A stretch of 52,013 nt of DNA from Spirogloea muscicola (taxonomy: Eukaryota). Shown here one piece after another: positions 26,294-38,535 of this stretch (positions are counted from its first letter, which is position 1; each line of letters begins with the position of its first letter). The position numbers were made by a program, and so were the translations under genes. The notes below the pieces were generated by a model, which was not told the origin of the DNA, made no database searches, and worked only from the letters and a program-made list of their open reading frames with translations. Location: assembly GCA_009602725.1 (NCBI GenBank), contig WELB01000004.1:885938-937950 (forward strand), written 5' to 3'.

Positions 26294-29200
26294 TCACTTC
26301 TTGCTGCCACGACCTCGCCCCCTTCCCCGGCCTCGCCCACGGCTGCCAGTTGCAGACGCGGCTGTTGCAGCTGGAAGCGGGTCGGCAGCGACTTTGCGGC
26401 CTCGGCCCCTGCCCCTCTTGTTGGCACTACCCCGAGCTGCTGCCTCTTGACCTTTGCGTTTGGCGGCTCCCTTTTTACTTGGGGCCTCGTCCTCGCCACC
26501 GACCTCATCCTCCGGTACTGCTTCCTCATTGCCCACAACTGCTTTCATCGCCTCCGCATTTGGTTCATACTCCGGCAGCTGCATGGCAAGACTCCAGTAT
26601 ATCACCATTGTTAAACATGCGCCTCAAACCTACTTGCTTGTCTGAGTAGGATCAGAATACTTAGGCTCTGGTTACTTGCAAGTGCAAAAGTACAAGATAC
26701 CAGGAGATGTAGAATAGACATATACTGAATAAACTTTGAGTAGGTTCTAAGGTCAGGACAGTATTTGGACTTCAAGTTGCCTAGCCGTCAAAGAAGGCGA
26801 CCTGGTCCAACTTTGCCAAGTCTTTGGTGCGGTCGACCACGTAAAGGGTGTGGCCGAGCCCTGCTGCAACCCTGAAGCCATAGCAATGCTGCATGCGTGA
26901 GCAGGCAGGCCCCGCAGCGATTTTGCTTGCTGCTCAGCTTGCAAGAAGGGGGTCCAACATGCTGGTCCCTATCACCTGAGCACACGGAGCCCCTCAAGCG
27001 AGTCTATCTTCCGGGGTGTGGCAGAGGACCTGAGCGCAAGGATTGGCCAGTTGTCAATAGGACCAATGCCAATGCAGGCACGCCAAGAGAGGAAGGTAAG
27101 GCAATGGAAGGGAAAGCAGGAGAACAATGGAAGGGGGGAGGGGAGGGGAGAGAGAGATTGGGATCAAAAGGGAAAGATGTAGGAGGGACTAAGGCACAAG
27201 GTTAACCCAGATCAATTGGGCCAAATAGGGCCCCAAAATTGTTGGAAGCAAAACGAGCGAGAAGAAAGAGGAGGGAGGTGGTGAGCGACCACCGCACTTG
27301 GGGCCACTGGGGCCATAACCGAGCTCGCCATAGAGGGCCGTGCCCCAGCTGATACACGAATCCTCTGCTGCCACCACTGAGCTCGTGTTCCCGCAGTCCA
27401 TGCTCCGCACGTGCCAGCCGCTGGCAGCGCCTCACAATTCCGTTAGCAACCAAGCCACAAGAAGCTGATGGACAATGCTCGCTTGCAGCAGATGGAGGGG
27501 GACAGGCAGGGTCCTGCCTCAGCTCCGAATGCGGCTTTGGGTACATCCAGTTGTCGCCAGTCGACTTGACGCGGCCCCACATGTAGAGCTGCCCGCCACC
27601 TGCAGGACTGAGTGAGCGTGTAAGGCCAGGCCGCTGGAAGCTGATGGTGCGGCCCTCGGCCTGTTGGTGGTGCAGCACTCACCAGCTGTGCAGGCGGAGA
27701 AGGCCGCGCCCGCAGCGACGACAGCATCTTGCGGCAGCAGGTTGCGGCGCAGGCCCTCGACGACAGTTGGCTTCCACTCGTCCTTCTGCTCCCGGTGGCC
27801 CAGCCTGGAGCCCCGCCCCCGGTGGCAATGTAATGGCAATGCAAGGCTTGAGCTTGAGGTCTAAGCTCAAGATTGAAACTATGGCATCAGGGGCCACACG
27901 GCCATTGCCGTCAAGGCCCGCCGTAATAAAGCATAGGCAGCCGGAGCTGACACCGCAGCACAGCCTGACCACATTTGCGCAGCAGCAACAAGGAGCTGCT
28001 GACTGGCGACTGCTGTTGAAGCCTCACCGCCCATAGCCACCATAGCCCCATCTGCACGGCACCAGCATCACCAGTCTCAGCAGCTGAAGCATCCAGGCGC
28101 CACAGGTAGCCGCAATCGCCACAGAAGGGGTCACTAAACGGAAAATACAAGAGCGGGGTGGGGCATTCACGTGTACAAGAGGCCGTCCTCAGTAGCCGCC
28201 ACTGACATTGAGTGCCGCCCGCGCCCCATGAAACAGCAGATCAATGATCATATCAGGGCAATTTAGTGAAGGTTAGCCACCAAATTCTAGTCAGAGCACA
28301 GCTCCAGTCAAAGTTTGTCCTAGGTAGTGCCTTATGCCACTTCCAATTGCAGGAAATACATTGGCCCATTTCAATAGAAGCAAAGGTATAAGCACAGGTG
28401 GGGACGGCGGAGCTCACCGGTATGGTTGTTGCCGCAGGCGACCTTGGTGACGGTCTTAGATGCGAGCGCCTGTATCGGCTGTGGCGTCGGCTGCGGCTCA
28501 TACATGATCTTCACCGACCCCTCCTTGGCATTGTACTGCAGCAGCGGCCCAGCAACAATGGCGGCGGGCCAGTGGCAGGCCAGCGGCAGTCTCAGCTCTT
28601 TGCCAATGGCAGCAATAACAATGGCAGCCGCAGCGGCGGCTGCTGCGGTGGTGGGCCACCCACCTCGTTGTCAGAGCCGTGGCCGAGCTGGCCATACTGC
28701 GGAAGGCCGGCGCTGAGTATGGTGCTGCCGGCTTTCGAGGTCAGCCACATGGTGAACTCGGCGCCGCATGCGACGGCCGTTGCATTGGTCACGGCCACCT
28801 TCACCGGTGCGCTCTCCACCTCTGCAGAAGGTGGTGCCGCTACTTCAGGCAGCCGCAGCAGCAATGCGTGCAACACCAGAGAGCGGGCAGCCTGGAAGGC
28901 AGGAAGGAGGTAAGGAAGTGAAGGAGGGGGAAGAAGAGGGTTAGGGTTAGGTTTTAGGATTTTAAGACCCTATATCTAACCCTAAACCCTAAATCCCTGC
29001 TTTTGCATTAGGTGATTTGAAGGTTAGGTGATGTGAAGGTCAGCCAACATCACCTTTTCGGTGGGAGCCGGTGCCGAGTTGGCCGCACTTGTTGGCGCCA
29101 AAGCCATACGACTCGCCGCCGACGCCAACGACGACCGTGTGCTGCCGCCCCGCGCCGGCCGCTACCACCTTCACCCTGCATGCCGGGACAGCCCAGCCGC

Positions 29201-30027
29201 GTGTCATTGGCTGGTGCGTCGGCCTGGCGGCTCTCCTTGTCCGTGTCCACGGGCACAGCCCACGCAGGCGGGCTTTACAGTTTGGGTTTGGGATGTAGAG
29301 AAGAGAGAGAGGGGGGAGAGAGAGAGGAAATGGAGAGAGGCGCACTTGGAGAGGCCAGCGACGGCCGTGGGGACGTGACGCGTGGCCAGGTCGCCGTGGC
29401 CGAGCTGGCCGTTCTGCGCTGCCCAGCAGGCCACTGCGCCTAGTCAAGTAGAGGGGGTCCCACGGGGCTGCAGGCCCTTACCCCCTGGCCGCCTTGCGTG
29501 GCCCGCTAGTTGAGGGGTGCACCTTACCTCGTTGCGGCCCCATGTGTAGCAGCTGCCGTCCACGCTGAGCGCCACACAGTGGCACGACGCTGCAGCAGGC
29601 TGCTATGATTTTTAGTAGAGCCTCGGCTCAAGCACAGTGAATACAACGTGGGCGTGGAAAGGGAGGGAGGGAGGGGCAGGGGCGGAGAGAGAGACAGAGA
29701 GAGAGGTGGGGACAAGAGATAGAGCGAGAGAGCGAGAGCGCGAGAGAGGTGGGAGTGAGCCTTGAGGCGCTCACAGCAGCCGGCGGCGACGACGGCGATG
29801 GCGACGCCGGCCAGGGCGGGCAGGCGGGAGGGGCTCGGGAGCGGAGGGAAGAGCTCCGCGCGCTGCGCCTTGGTGGCGGCGGCGGCGCCGGCGCCGGAGC
29901 CCTTGCGGGGCTCCGTGCGGCCAATCATGTCCCAGTCGGTGCCACCGCAGAAGAGCAGCTCGCCGCCGCCGCCGCCGCCGCCGCCATCGGCCCCCGGCTC
30001 CGCTTCTCCCGCCGCGCCCGCCGCCAT
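26294..30027 (-). CDS. RCC2: RCC2/TD-60-like RCC1-repeat protein, multi-exon
   Basis: Exons encode GELLFCGGTDWDMIGR, YTWGRNE|NGQLGHGD, ACGAEFTMWL, AGLPQYGQLGHG, WGYGGYGRLGHREQKDEWKP, LYMWGRVKSTGDNWMYPKP and CISWGTALYGELGYGP, and end in a basic RG-rich tail. Confidence 0.92.
28938..28997. repeat. Inverted interstitial telomere-like repeats in an RCC2 intron
   Basis: GGGTTAGGGTTAGGTTTTAGG followed by CTAACCCTAAACCCTAAATCCC. Confidence 0.75.
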
Positions 30028-30030
30028 GGC

Positions 30031-30441
30031 NNNNNNNNNNNNNNNNNNNNNNNNNNNNNNNNNNNNNNNNNNNNNNNNNNNNNNNNNNNNNNNNNNNNNN
30101 NNNNNNNNNNNNNNNNNNNNNNNNNNNNNNNNNNNNNNNNNNNNNNNNNNNNNNNNNNNNNNNNNNNNNNNNNNNNNNNNNNNNNNNNNNNNNNNNNNNN
30201 NNNNNNNNNNNNNNNNNNNNNNNNNNNNNNNNNNNNNNNNNNNNNNNNNNNNNNNNNNNNNNNNNNNNNNNNNNNNNNNNNNNNNNNNNNNNNNNNNNNN
30301 NNNNNNNNNNNNNNNNNNNNNNNNNNNNNNNNNNNNNNNNNNNNNNNNNNNNNNNNNNNNNNNNNNNNNNNNNNNNNNNNNNNNNNNNNNNNNNNNNNNN
30401 NNNNNNNNNNNNNNNNNNNNNNNNNNNNNNNNNTCCGATCT
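30031..30441. other. Assembly gap ending in a probable adapter remnant
   Basis: N 30031-30433, then TCCGATCT, which is the 3' end of the Illumina primer/adapter sequence CTCTTCCGATCT. Confidence 0.75.
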
Positions 30442-32176
30442 CGCGGCGGCCGTCGCGGGGGCTCGTCGCCGCGGCGCCGCCTGGCTCCACCCGTCGCCGC
30501 CGGCGCTGCCGTTGAGCCAGGTGCCTCCGTTTTGCCGTGCTTTTGGCGAATCTGTGTTGGCCATGCCGCCTGTCTTCCAGCTGCCTCGCGATGGCCGAAT
30601 TGACGAGCTTGCTCATGGCGAGCTTGCTTGTGGCGCCAGGCTGACAGATCCGACGGCGGCGTCGGCGGCGGTCGCGGCAGCGGCGGCGGCGGCTGGGACC
30701 TCCGCCATGCGCGCGGCCTCCACCTGGATGACCGCCAGCGACAGTCCTTCTCGTACTGCATAGACCAAGTCAGGTCCTCCTCGCGACGAGCCAAACCGAG
30801 CGCTGTGCCCGCGACGCCGCCGCAGCGCGCCTCCCGGGCGCAGTGGCGCGCCGTTGCGTCACGGCAGCACCTCGACAGCGCCTCGACTGCGAAGCGCATC
30901 GAGCTGAGCGCAGCCCCCTGGGCGCGGCGGGCCATGCAATGGCAGGCGGCACGACTACGAGCACTACCTGTGCAGCCTGCAGCTGCCGGCACAGCAGCGA
31001 CCTGCAGCTTTTGCCTTGCGGGCCTTCAACGTGGAGGTTGCCCGCGTGCGTGACCCTCGATCCCTCCGGCGAGGGCTATGCTTAGATTGGCGCACGCCAT
31101 GTCGCGGCTCGCTTCAGTGAGCGACCATGGTCCTTCGCTTATGGCTCAGCTGAAGCTGTTGTTGTGCAGGTCGCTGACAGCGCCAAGGATCCCACGCTCT
31201 GCATGATGCGCCTGGTCTGGTGGCGCGACGCCTTGGCCAACCTCTACAAGGTCTGCAGCACCTGTTGAGCACGTTGCGCGAGAGCAGTCTGCAGTGGCTC
31301 CCGAGCACGTTGCACACGACCTTAGAGATTCTCGTCAAGCTGCTGGAGATTCTGGATCACCTTGGCGTTGCTGTGCTCTCAGTTGAGCCTCCTTGCACTT
31401 CGGCAGGGCACCGTGCAGGAGCACCCAGTGCTGCTGGCGTTGGCAGCTGTGCTGGCGAGCTGCCGCCTGTCCAAGCCCTGGCTTGACCGCATCGTCGAAG
31501 CAAGGGTGCGTTTGGCCACCTTGGCGCCCTTGTCCTGCTCTGCGACTGCTGCAACAGCTCTGTCAGACCCAATGCTGTGATGTCGACAACAGTCGACGTC
31601 TGTCGCTCCTGCCAGATTCAAGACGTGGAGCATGAGGGCGCGCCGCAAGACATCTCAGCGCTGGAGGCCTATGCCGAGAGCACCGCGTCGTCGCTCCTGT
31701 ACCTTACACTACAGGCTGCTGGTGTAGCGAGCACGCAGGCCGATCATGCGGCCTCGCATGTCGGCAAGGCGGCCGGCATGACGCTCCTGCTGCGAGCAGC
31801 GCCTCACCATCATGCACGGCGGCGAACGTACATCCCCCTTGACACCGCTGCCAAGCACCGGTTATCGCAGGAGGACCTCTACTCCCTGAACCCCCCTCGG
31901 GAGCCGCTTGCCGATGCTGTGCTGGACATTGCCAGCCAGGCGCAGGCTCACCTGGTGACCGCGCGGGCAATGCTGCCCAAGCTCAAGGAGGAGGGGTTAC
32001 TGAATGCCGCGGCACCGATGCTGCTGCCGGCTGTGCCGGCGGCCACCTATCTTGCGGCCCTTGAGCGCCGAGGCTTCCATCTCCTGGATCCTTCGTTAGC
32101 GCGTGGCGTGTGCGCCACTCCGCCCCTCTGGCTGCAGCTGCAGCTCTTCTGGCACTCTCGGAACCAGTCGTTCTGA
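30442..32176 (+). CDS. NDUFAF6: NADH dehydrogenase complex I assembly factor 6 (squalene/phytoene synthase fold); start probably in the N gap
   Basis: Spliced motifs [68 protein letters not shown] and HLVTARAM. Confidence 0.92.
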
Positions 32177-32779
32177 TCGTGCTCCCTCTCCACCGCCTGG
32201 CTGCTCCAAGCTTGGAAGCTCCATGTCACTCCACACATTATTATGCAGGATGCATGGCTTGATTGAGGCGCTGCTCACAGCCATGACACACCAATAATGC
32301 CCAAGAACATGTGCAGCTGCAGTGAGAGCTCTGCCCTGCTTCATGCATGCCCATGTGCATGTGGTTACTTGATTGTACAGCAAATGACATTTGAGGACAA
32401 GTACCGTATATTCAAAAGGAAGTACTGAAACAAAGAAGAAGCTTTGATTAGGCAGGAGATTTGTGGCTGTTACACTTCTCGTCAGCTACCTGCCACTTGA
32501 AGCCATATTAGAAAGTAGGCATTGCCAGGGGCTCCGTTGCAAGTACCCGTGTCACTTGCCCTTGCACCGTTTTAGTGGGCTTCCTCTATGACAAGGACAT
32601 GATCAGCTGCTACGTGTAGAGGGAAGCAGCAGGGCAGCAGTGTTTGCAGGCATGCAGGTGACTAACAGAAGCAAAGCAGGCTGCAGCACCGTGTGCCCAA
32701 CAGAGCTTCATCTATGCCGCTGTCCTGCAACTTCTGTCAGCGCACCAAGCGGGACGCATTGTCAACCGCCAAGAGCTCT

Positions 32780-33095
32780 TTTCCAAGTTGCCCCTTTCAC
32801 TTTGTCGCCACCAGCGTCGAGCTCGTGGGTCCACGCCTTCGCTGGTAGCAACTTGGCGCTTGTCGAGTGCTTCTTGCCCTGTACGTTCCTCTGGGCTGGC
32901 CTCTCACAGCCATTGCCTTACAGTGGCAAGAGCTGTTCCTTTCTTTTGTCTTCGCTTTCCAGAGGTGACATCGTCAGTGGAGAGCTGTGCGTCATTTTAC
33001 TTTTCGGCATCGTTTTAGGCTCTTTGGGTTTCGTTCATTCTTTTCGGGCTGGCCACTGCCAGCCCCTCTTCTCTATGGGCGCGCACTTTCGTCTT
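32780..33095 (-). repeat. Distal inverted copy of the short repeat module from the 6-10 kb cluster
   Basis: TTCATTCTTTTCGGGCTGGCCACTGCCAGCCCCTCTTCTCTATGGGCGCGCACTTTC at ~33033-33090 is reverse-complementary to the module. CTGGGCTGGCCTCTCACAGCCATT at ~32891 is identical to ~9237. Confidence 0.75.
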
Positions 33096-33309
33096 GTGCG
33101 TCATGCTGGCTTCATCGAGACTCCAACCATAAATTTAAGTACCACATGTTCCCGCTGCTTAATCCGACCTGAAATTTCAGTCAAGGAAGAGGGCATCCGC
33201 CGGACCCCTCCCTACACAAACCCTAAACCCTTAAACTCCCAACCCTAAGACCACCTCTGGCGCCGGCGGCCGCGGCGCCATTGCCGCCGCCGCCACCGCC
33301 ACAGCCGCC

Positions 33310-36300
33310 ATGCCCGGCGTCGTCCTGCACGTCGATCTCGACTGCTTCTACGCTGCGGTCGAGCCGCAACCGCCGCCGCCAGCGCCGGCTCCGCCGCCAC
33401 CGCCGCCGCTGCCACCTCTCGGGCTGAGCCGAGCTGCGGCTGCGCCGTGTCCCGCCGCCGCGCAGGTGGAGCAGGTGCGGCTGGGCATACCGCTGGAGCA
33501 GCCGCTGGCGGTGCAGCAGTGGGAGGTGCGGCCTCCACACCGCGGCCTTAGATGAGGCCCGAACGGATCCCCAATTGCTGCTGGGACTCGGCGACGGCTT
33601 GAGCTCTAGATGTGCTGTTGGCGGCTCAGCTGCGTTGGCTTGGGATATAGCCGTCCCAACGCAGCGCTATCATCATAAATATCCTGTTAGATGCCCGCCG
33701 TAATTGGCATTGGTTCAGCATGACACTTTGGGGCTTGTGCTTTATGAAACCGGCTACCGTCGACTGCACCGACAGCTAACACGTTGCATGGTCCGGGTGA
33801 CGTTCATTCCGGTTGTTTGACGGCATGCAGGGGCTCATTGCTATCAATTACGCCGCCAGGGCCAGGGGTGTCACCCGCCACGAGCGCGCTCCAGAGGCGC
33901 TGCGCAAGGTACTGCTCAGTCCCTCGTGCAATGGGGAGCTCCATGATAGCCGTGCTGTTGCTATGCCTCTGTGATTCTCTCCAGGATTGCATGAGGTTTC
34001 ACGTCGCTAGCAGATGAATTTTCTCAGTGCAGGTCTGAAGGGCTTTAGGGTCCAAGATGTTGCTTGCTTGGCAAGGAGGATGTAGCGAGATGGTCATGAT
34101 ATATATGATTTGAGTGCGAACAGTGCCCGGAGCTCCACCTTGTCCATGTGGAGGTCATCGGAGGCGTTGCTGGTGGTGATCGCGGCACTGGCAAAGCATC
34201 CCTAGAGCGCTACCGGCAGGTGCTTCTCCTACAGTCCCCCGCCCCTCTCCTCCATCCGTCCTCGGGAGCGCTTATCGAGTCAGCAGTGAGCTGCTAGTGT
34301 CCTGCTATTAGAGCAGACAGACAAGTGGATGTTGGTACTCTGCCAAAGCCTGCAGCAAATCTGTACTTTGTTGTATACTGCTTACGGTGGCCATACAAAT
34401 TCTTAGGTTTGGGGAACTTACAGACTCTTATGTTTAGTTTCTGATTACCTTGAGCAGGCTTCAGCTGCCATCTTTCCCATCTTCCGGCGGTTTGCTTCAG
34501 TGTGTGAGAAGGCCAGCATAGACGAGGCCTTCCTTGACATAACAGCGCCAGTAAGCTGCCTCAGCATAGACAATTTCTGTCATGAGCTGTAAATTCACAG
34601 TCAGCATTCACGCCTGCAATGCAGTGAAGCAACAGCAGTCGAAGATACAGCATCTGGTACAGATACAGCATGTTATGGACCCCAAGTATGTGTGGATAAA
34701 ATAAAAGGAGGAGGGCGGACCTGTCATGCTCATCTTGTTGACCAAGTTCTGCAAATAGGTTGAAGAGATGGTTAAGGGTGGGTTCGATGTTGGGGAGATC
34801 GAGCAGCTCTTAAAGGTGGAGGCGGATCGCAAGAAGCCGAGGCTCTTCGTGCTGGATGGCCCCCTGTCCAGCTCAATCTCATATGACTGCAGGCAAGACC
34901 AGGCCTGGATGCTTGCAACGTGCTCAGCATGCTTGGAGCGTGGAGTGTGTCTTGAGAGATGGGGATACCGGTTTATAGTTGAGTTGTCAGAGGCTGATGA
35001 GTGAGCTGGGCCCGCTTCCAGGCTTCTTGCAGGCGCTGTGATCTCTGCGAGGCTGCGAGCCACCTTGAAGACCGAGCTTGGTTACACGTGCTCAGTGGTG
35101 AGGATCCTGTGGTACTTGAGTGTGTGGCAAGCAAGCCGAGAGCATAAACAGCTTGGAGGTGCAGCAGACACCCTGATGGACCTTGTTGTACATACGTTGT
35201 CCTGTAGGGAGTAGCTAGTAACAAGCTGCTTGCCAAGCTCGGGTCGTCCATGAACAAGCCGGACGGGGTGACAGTGGTAAGGATGCCAACTGCTGCCTTT
35301 TAGCTTGCTGTGATCCGCATGCTTTGTGCTTGTGCGGTGTGAGTTTACTATTCTTGTACCTAGAAAGTTATTGTATTTAGAAGGTTCACTGCTGCTCACA
35401 CTGTTGCAGGAGTGCAGATACCACCCCGGGCAGTTGCCACGCTGATGGGAGAGCTCCCGCTCAGAAAGATTAGGAATTTGGGCGGCAAGCTCGGAATGGT
35501 GAGCAAACGCGGCTGTTACAGTAGCATATCAGTCTTTCCCTTCCTCAGCAGAAAGGCAGATCCACCTTCCATGATGAGTTCCTGCGGCCTTGCTACTGTG
35601 TCTGCAGAAGTTGGCAAAGATGGGCTGTGAGACGGCAAGGGATGTACAAGCTGTCCCACAGGTAAAGCTGGTCCAGGCCTTTGGGGAGCGGCTTGGGAAC
35701 TACGTGTACAATGCCGTCAGAGGGGAAAATGATGAAGCAGGTTAACCCCTGACTGACCTTGCTTTTGGAAAAGCTACTAGCTCCTATGACCTTGTTGTGC
35801 TGTGCTGCAAGGCAAGGAAAGCTTGGCCAATCATGCCTGACATTCACAGACTGATCTTGCACAACTTCACCTGGCAGTAGCGGAAAAGGCTACTACCAAG
35901 TCAATGTTGGCAGCCAAGACTTTTGGCGCCACCTCCGACTTTGAGACATTGAGGTCAGGGGTCTTTGCTGTGTCTTGCAAAGAGAAGTCACCTCGTGAGA
36001 GCTGGCTGCTGAGTAGGCATGTCTGCTAGTCATAAGTAGTGTCACTCTTGTTGACAAAGCAAGGTTTTCCTTTTTCACATGAAGCTTATAACTGCCACTT
36101 GAAATGTAGCAAATTCGCTGTTTTTGATATCGCCATGTTGCATGACCCTATGATCGTCACTTCTACAGTCTGACGCTGTGAATGCATCACGCAGGAGGTG
36201 GATGCATGTCCTTGCCATGGAGCTTGCCGGGCGGATGATACGGGACGCCCGCCGCAACCAGCGGCGTCCCAAGACTTTGCAGCTCTATTACCGGCGGCCT

Positions 36301-37510
36301 AAGTTTGGGGACCACTCCAAGTCTAGCCCCATGCCGGCGGCTGCAACGCACAACATCGAGCAGGTGGCTGTTCAGCCGAGGTCTGCTGTAGCAGTCGACC
36401 AGCAGGGCCATGAGAACAACGACGCAGTTCCTCGCGAGGCTACTGATCAAGAAGCACCTGGGGCAAGGTTGTCAGAAGATGACCTGGCAGAGGGTGATGA
36501 GGACGAGAGGGAGGAGCTGGGCGAGTCCTCTGCTCTTGAGGATCGGGACGAGGAGCTCATGCCAAAGGCAGCCGAGGAGCCACGGAGTCGCGAGCTTGCA
36601 GAGGTGCTGGAGCGTGCGGCGCTGGCGATGCTTCGGAAAGCAGAGGGCTGCCTCCCATGCTCCAGGCTTGCTCTTGCGGCCGGCGACTTCACAGATCTCC
36701 CAGCTCAGGTAGACATCTGCCTGCAGTAACACAATCCTCACTTGTAGATACTTACAGGTAGCACATGCAGGTGCATCTATGCAAAAAGAACCAATTCCAA
36801 GTTGCATTCTCATTATGCAACTTGCTTGGCCTTGCTTGCAGTCGCGGTCAATCACCAAGTTCTTCAGCCCAGCTCTTCAGGCCACTGGGAGCAGCAGAGG
36901 GCCGCAGGCTACACACACGTCTCAGAACATGCCGCCACACATTAGCCACAGAAGCGAGTTGGGCAAACGGGCTCGCGAAGAGCGGACAGAAGTGGCTTCA
37001 GGCACTCAAGATCACAAGCAAGGAGCATCTGCAGATGCCTCTGCTGCAGACATTCATCAAAGTCACAACCACAGAAGTTCACCCCTGTCCAGTTCTGCTC
37101 GTGAATGTCAATCTCGAGATGAAGGCAAGGACGAGCTTGGACTCGGAGGCCAGCTGACAATCATCGACAATATTGTGGCAGACAATGTCGTTGCTGGCCA
37201 GGCCAAAGAGGACAGCACCAAGGCAAGTGCAGCGAGCTGCCAGAGCAGCGATCCAGAAGGGGCGGAGCACAGGCAGAGTGCAATGGAGGTGGCGCTGGAA
37301 GCTGTGGATGTGGCGGAGCAGCGCCGCATTCTAGCTGGTATTGCTAAGCAAAGAAGGCAACAAGGGCAACTCGCAGCGAATTTGCAGAGGCCTCATGTGA
37401 GAGCTGCCGCTGTTACAAACAGGCAGAAGAGGTTGCCGCTGGAAGATGGAGCTTCTGGCAAGCAGCAGAACATGTCCACGTTTTTCAGACGGTCCGACAC
37501 TGGAAGTTGA
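33310..37510 (+). CDS. POLH: Y-family translesion DNA polymerase eta, multi-exon
   Basis: VLHVDLDCFYAA|VEQ, LAVQQWE|GLIAINYAAR, KASLERYR, CEKASIDEAFLDIT, GYTCSV|GVASNKLLAKL..MNKP and IRNLGGKLG. The C-terminal QQNMSTFF resembles a PIP box. Confidence 0.92.
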
Positions 37511-38535
37511 TGTCAAGCTTGCAGCAGTTCTACAGTTGTGGTGCTGTGTTGAAGGCGCCTTCATCACACACACACGCTAGCCGCTCCAAGCGGGCTGTAC
37601 AGCTTAAAGTGCACTTCGGAAACACTGGTGCTATATACAGTGAAATAGTTTAGGCATTACTCTTTGGCTTCGGTGCCTCGTGGGCTCTCCCCAATTGTCA
37701 AAATTCACGCCTTAAGTGAGGCCCCTATGACATAAGCTTATGCTATAAGAGTCAGGCGCCCTGGGTGCCGTTGGCAACGCATGGCGACTGCACCTTGGCG
37801 ATATAGCAGTCATGTTTTTAAGGCAGGGCACAGCAAATCTAGGCTTACTGTTAGATGGCGGTGACAGCTAAACCAGGTGTAATTTTGGAACGAGATTGTT
37901 GCTGCATGTCTAACAGGCCTCATAGGCTAACGGCTCCTGTGTCAGCAGCCCCTCAGTCTTCGACCCCCAGTAATAGATTTTGACATCTATCACTTGTATA
38001 CATGTGAACCAAGTAAGAAGTTGAAACAATTGAGCATGAGAAGTAGGATGTAGAGATTGGGATGAAGTGCAAAGAGTATGGTCTGTAGCCTCCAAGACAT
38101 TCGGAGTAGCTAAGCCACAGTAGCGAAGAGGACCCTGGTGACCTTGTCAATCGCTTGTGTTAGACAGCAATCAACAACCAGCAGGCGAACAAAGAGGCAT
38201 GCTCGGCAAGTGGGCTGCTAAAAGTGGCAATGGGCCGACAAATGAGGCAACAGTGTGCCCAGAAGTCCATATCTGCTGCAGCCAATCTCCGGGGCCTAAG
38301 GTTGGAGGCTCAGGACCCCCTCCAAAATTATCAACTTAGGAGCTATATCACTGACAGTTTGCCGCCCATTTAAGAGCACGAGTGACTGTCTTGCCAGAGC
38401 ACTTATGCTGTTGATGAGGGAGTAGGAAACATTGTCAACCTGAAAGTCAATAAGAGACACAAAAAGGGTGAAACCAGTAATGCAGTACACTAACTGTTGA
38501 CAAGGGGCCACCACATGGATGAGCGCACACCCGTC

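Noticed and set aside
38296..38514. Extra terminal exon or separate ORF downstream of RAD1
   Set aside because: RAD1 already ends plausibly at 38536 after its conserved C-terminus, and nothing supports an extension.
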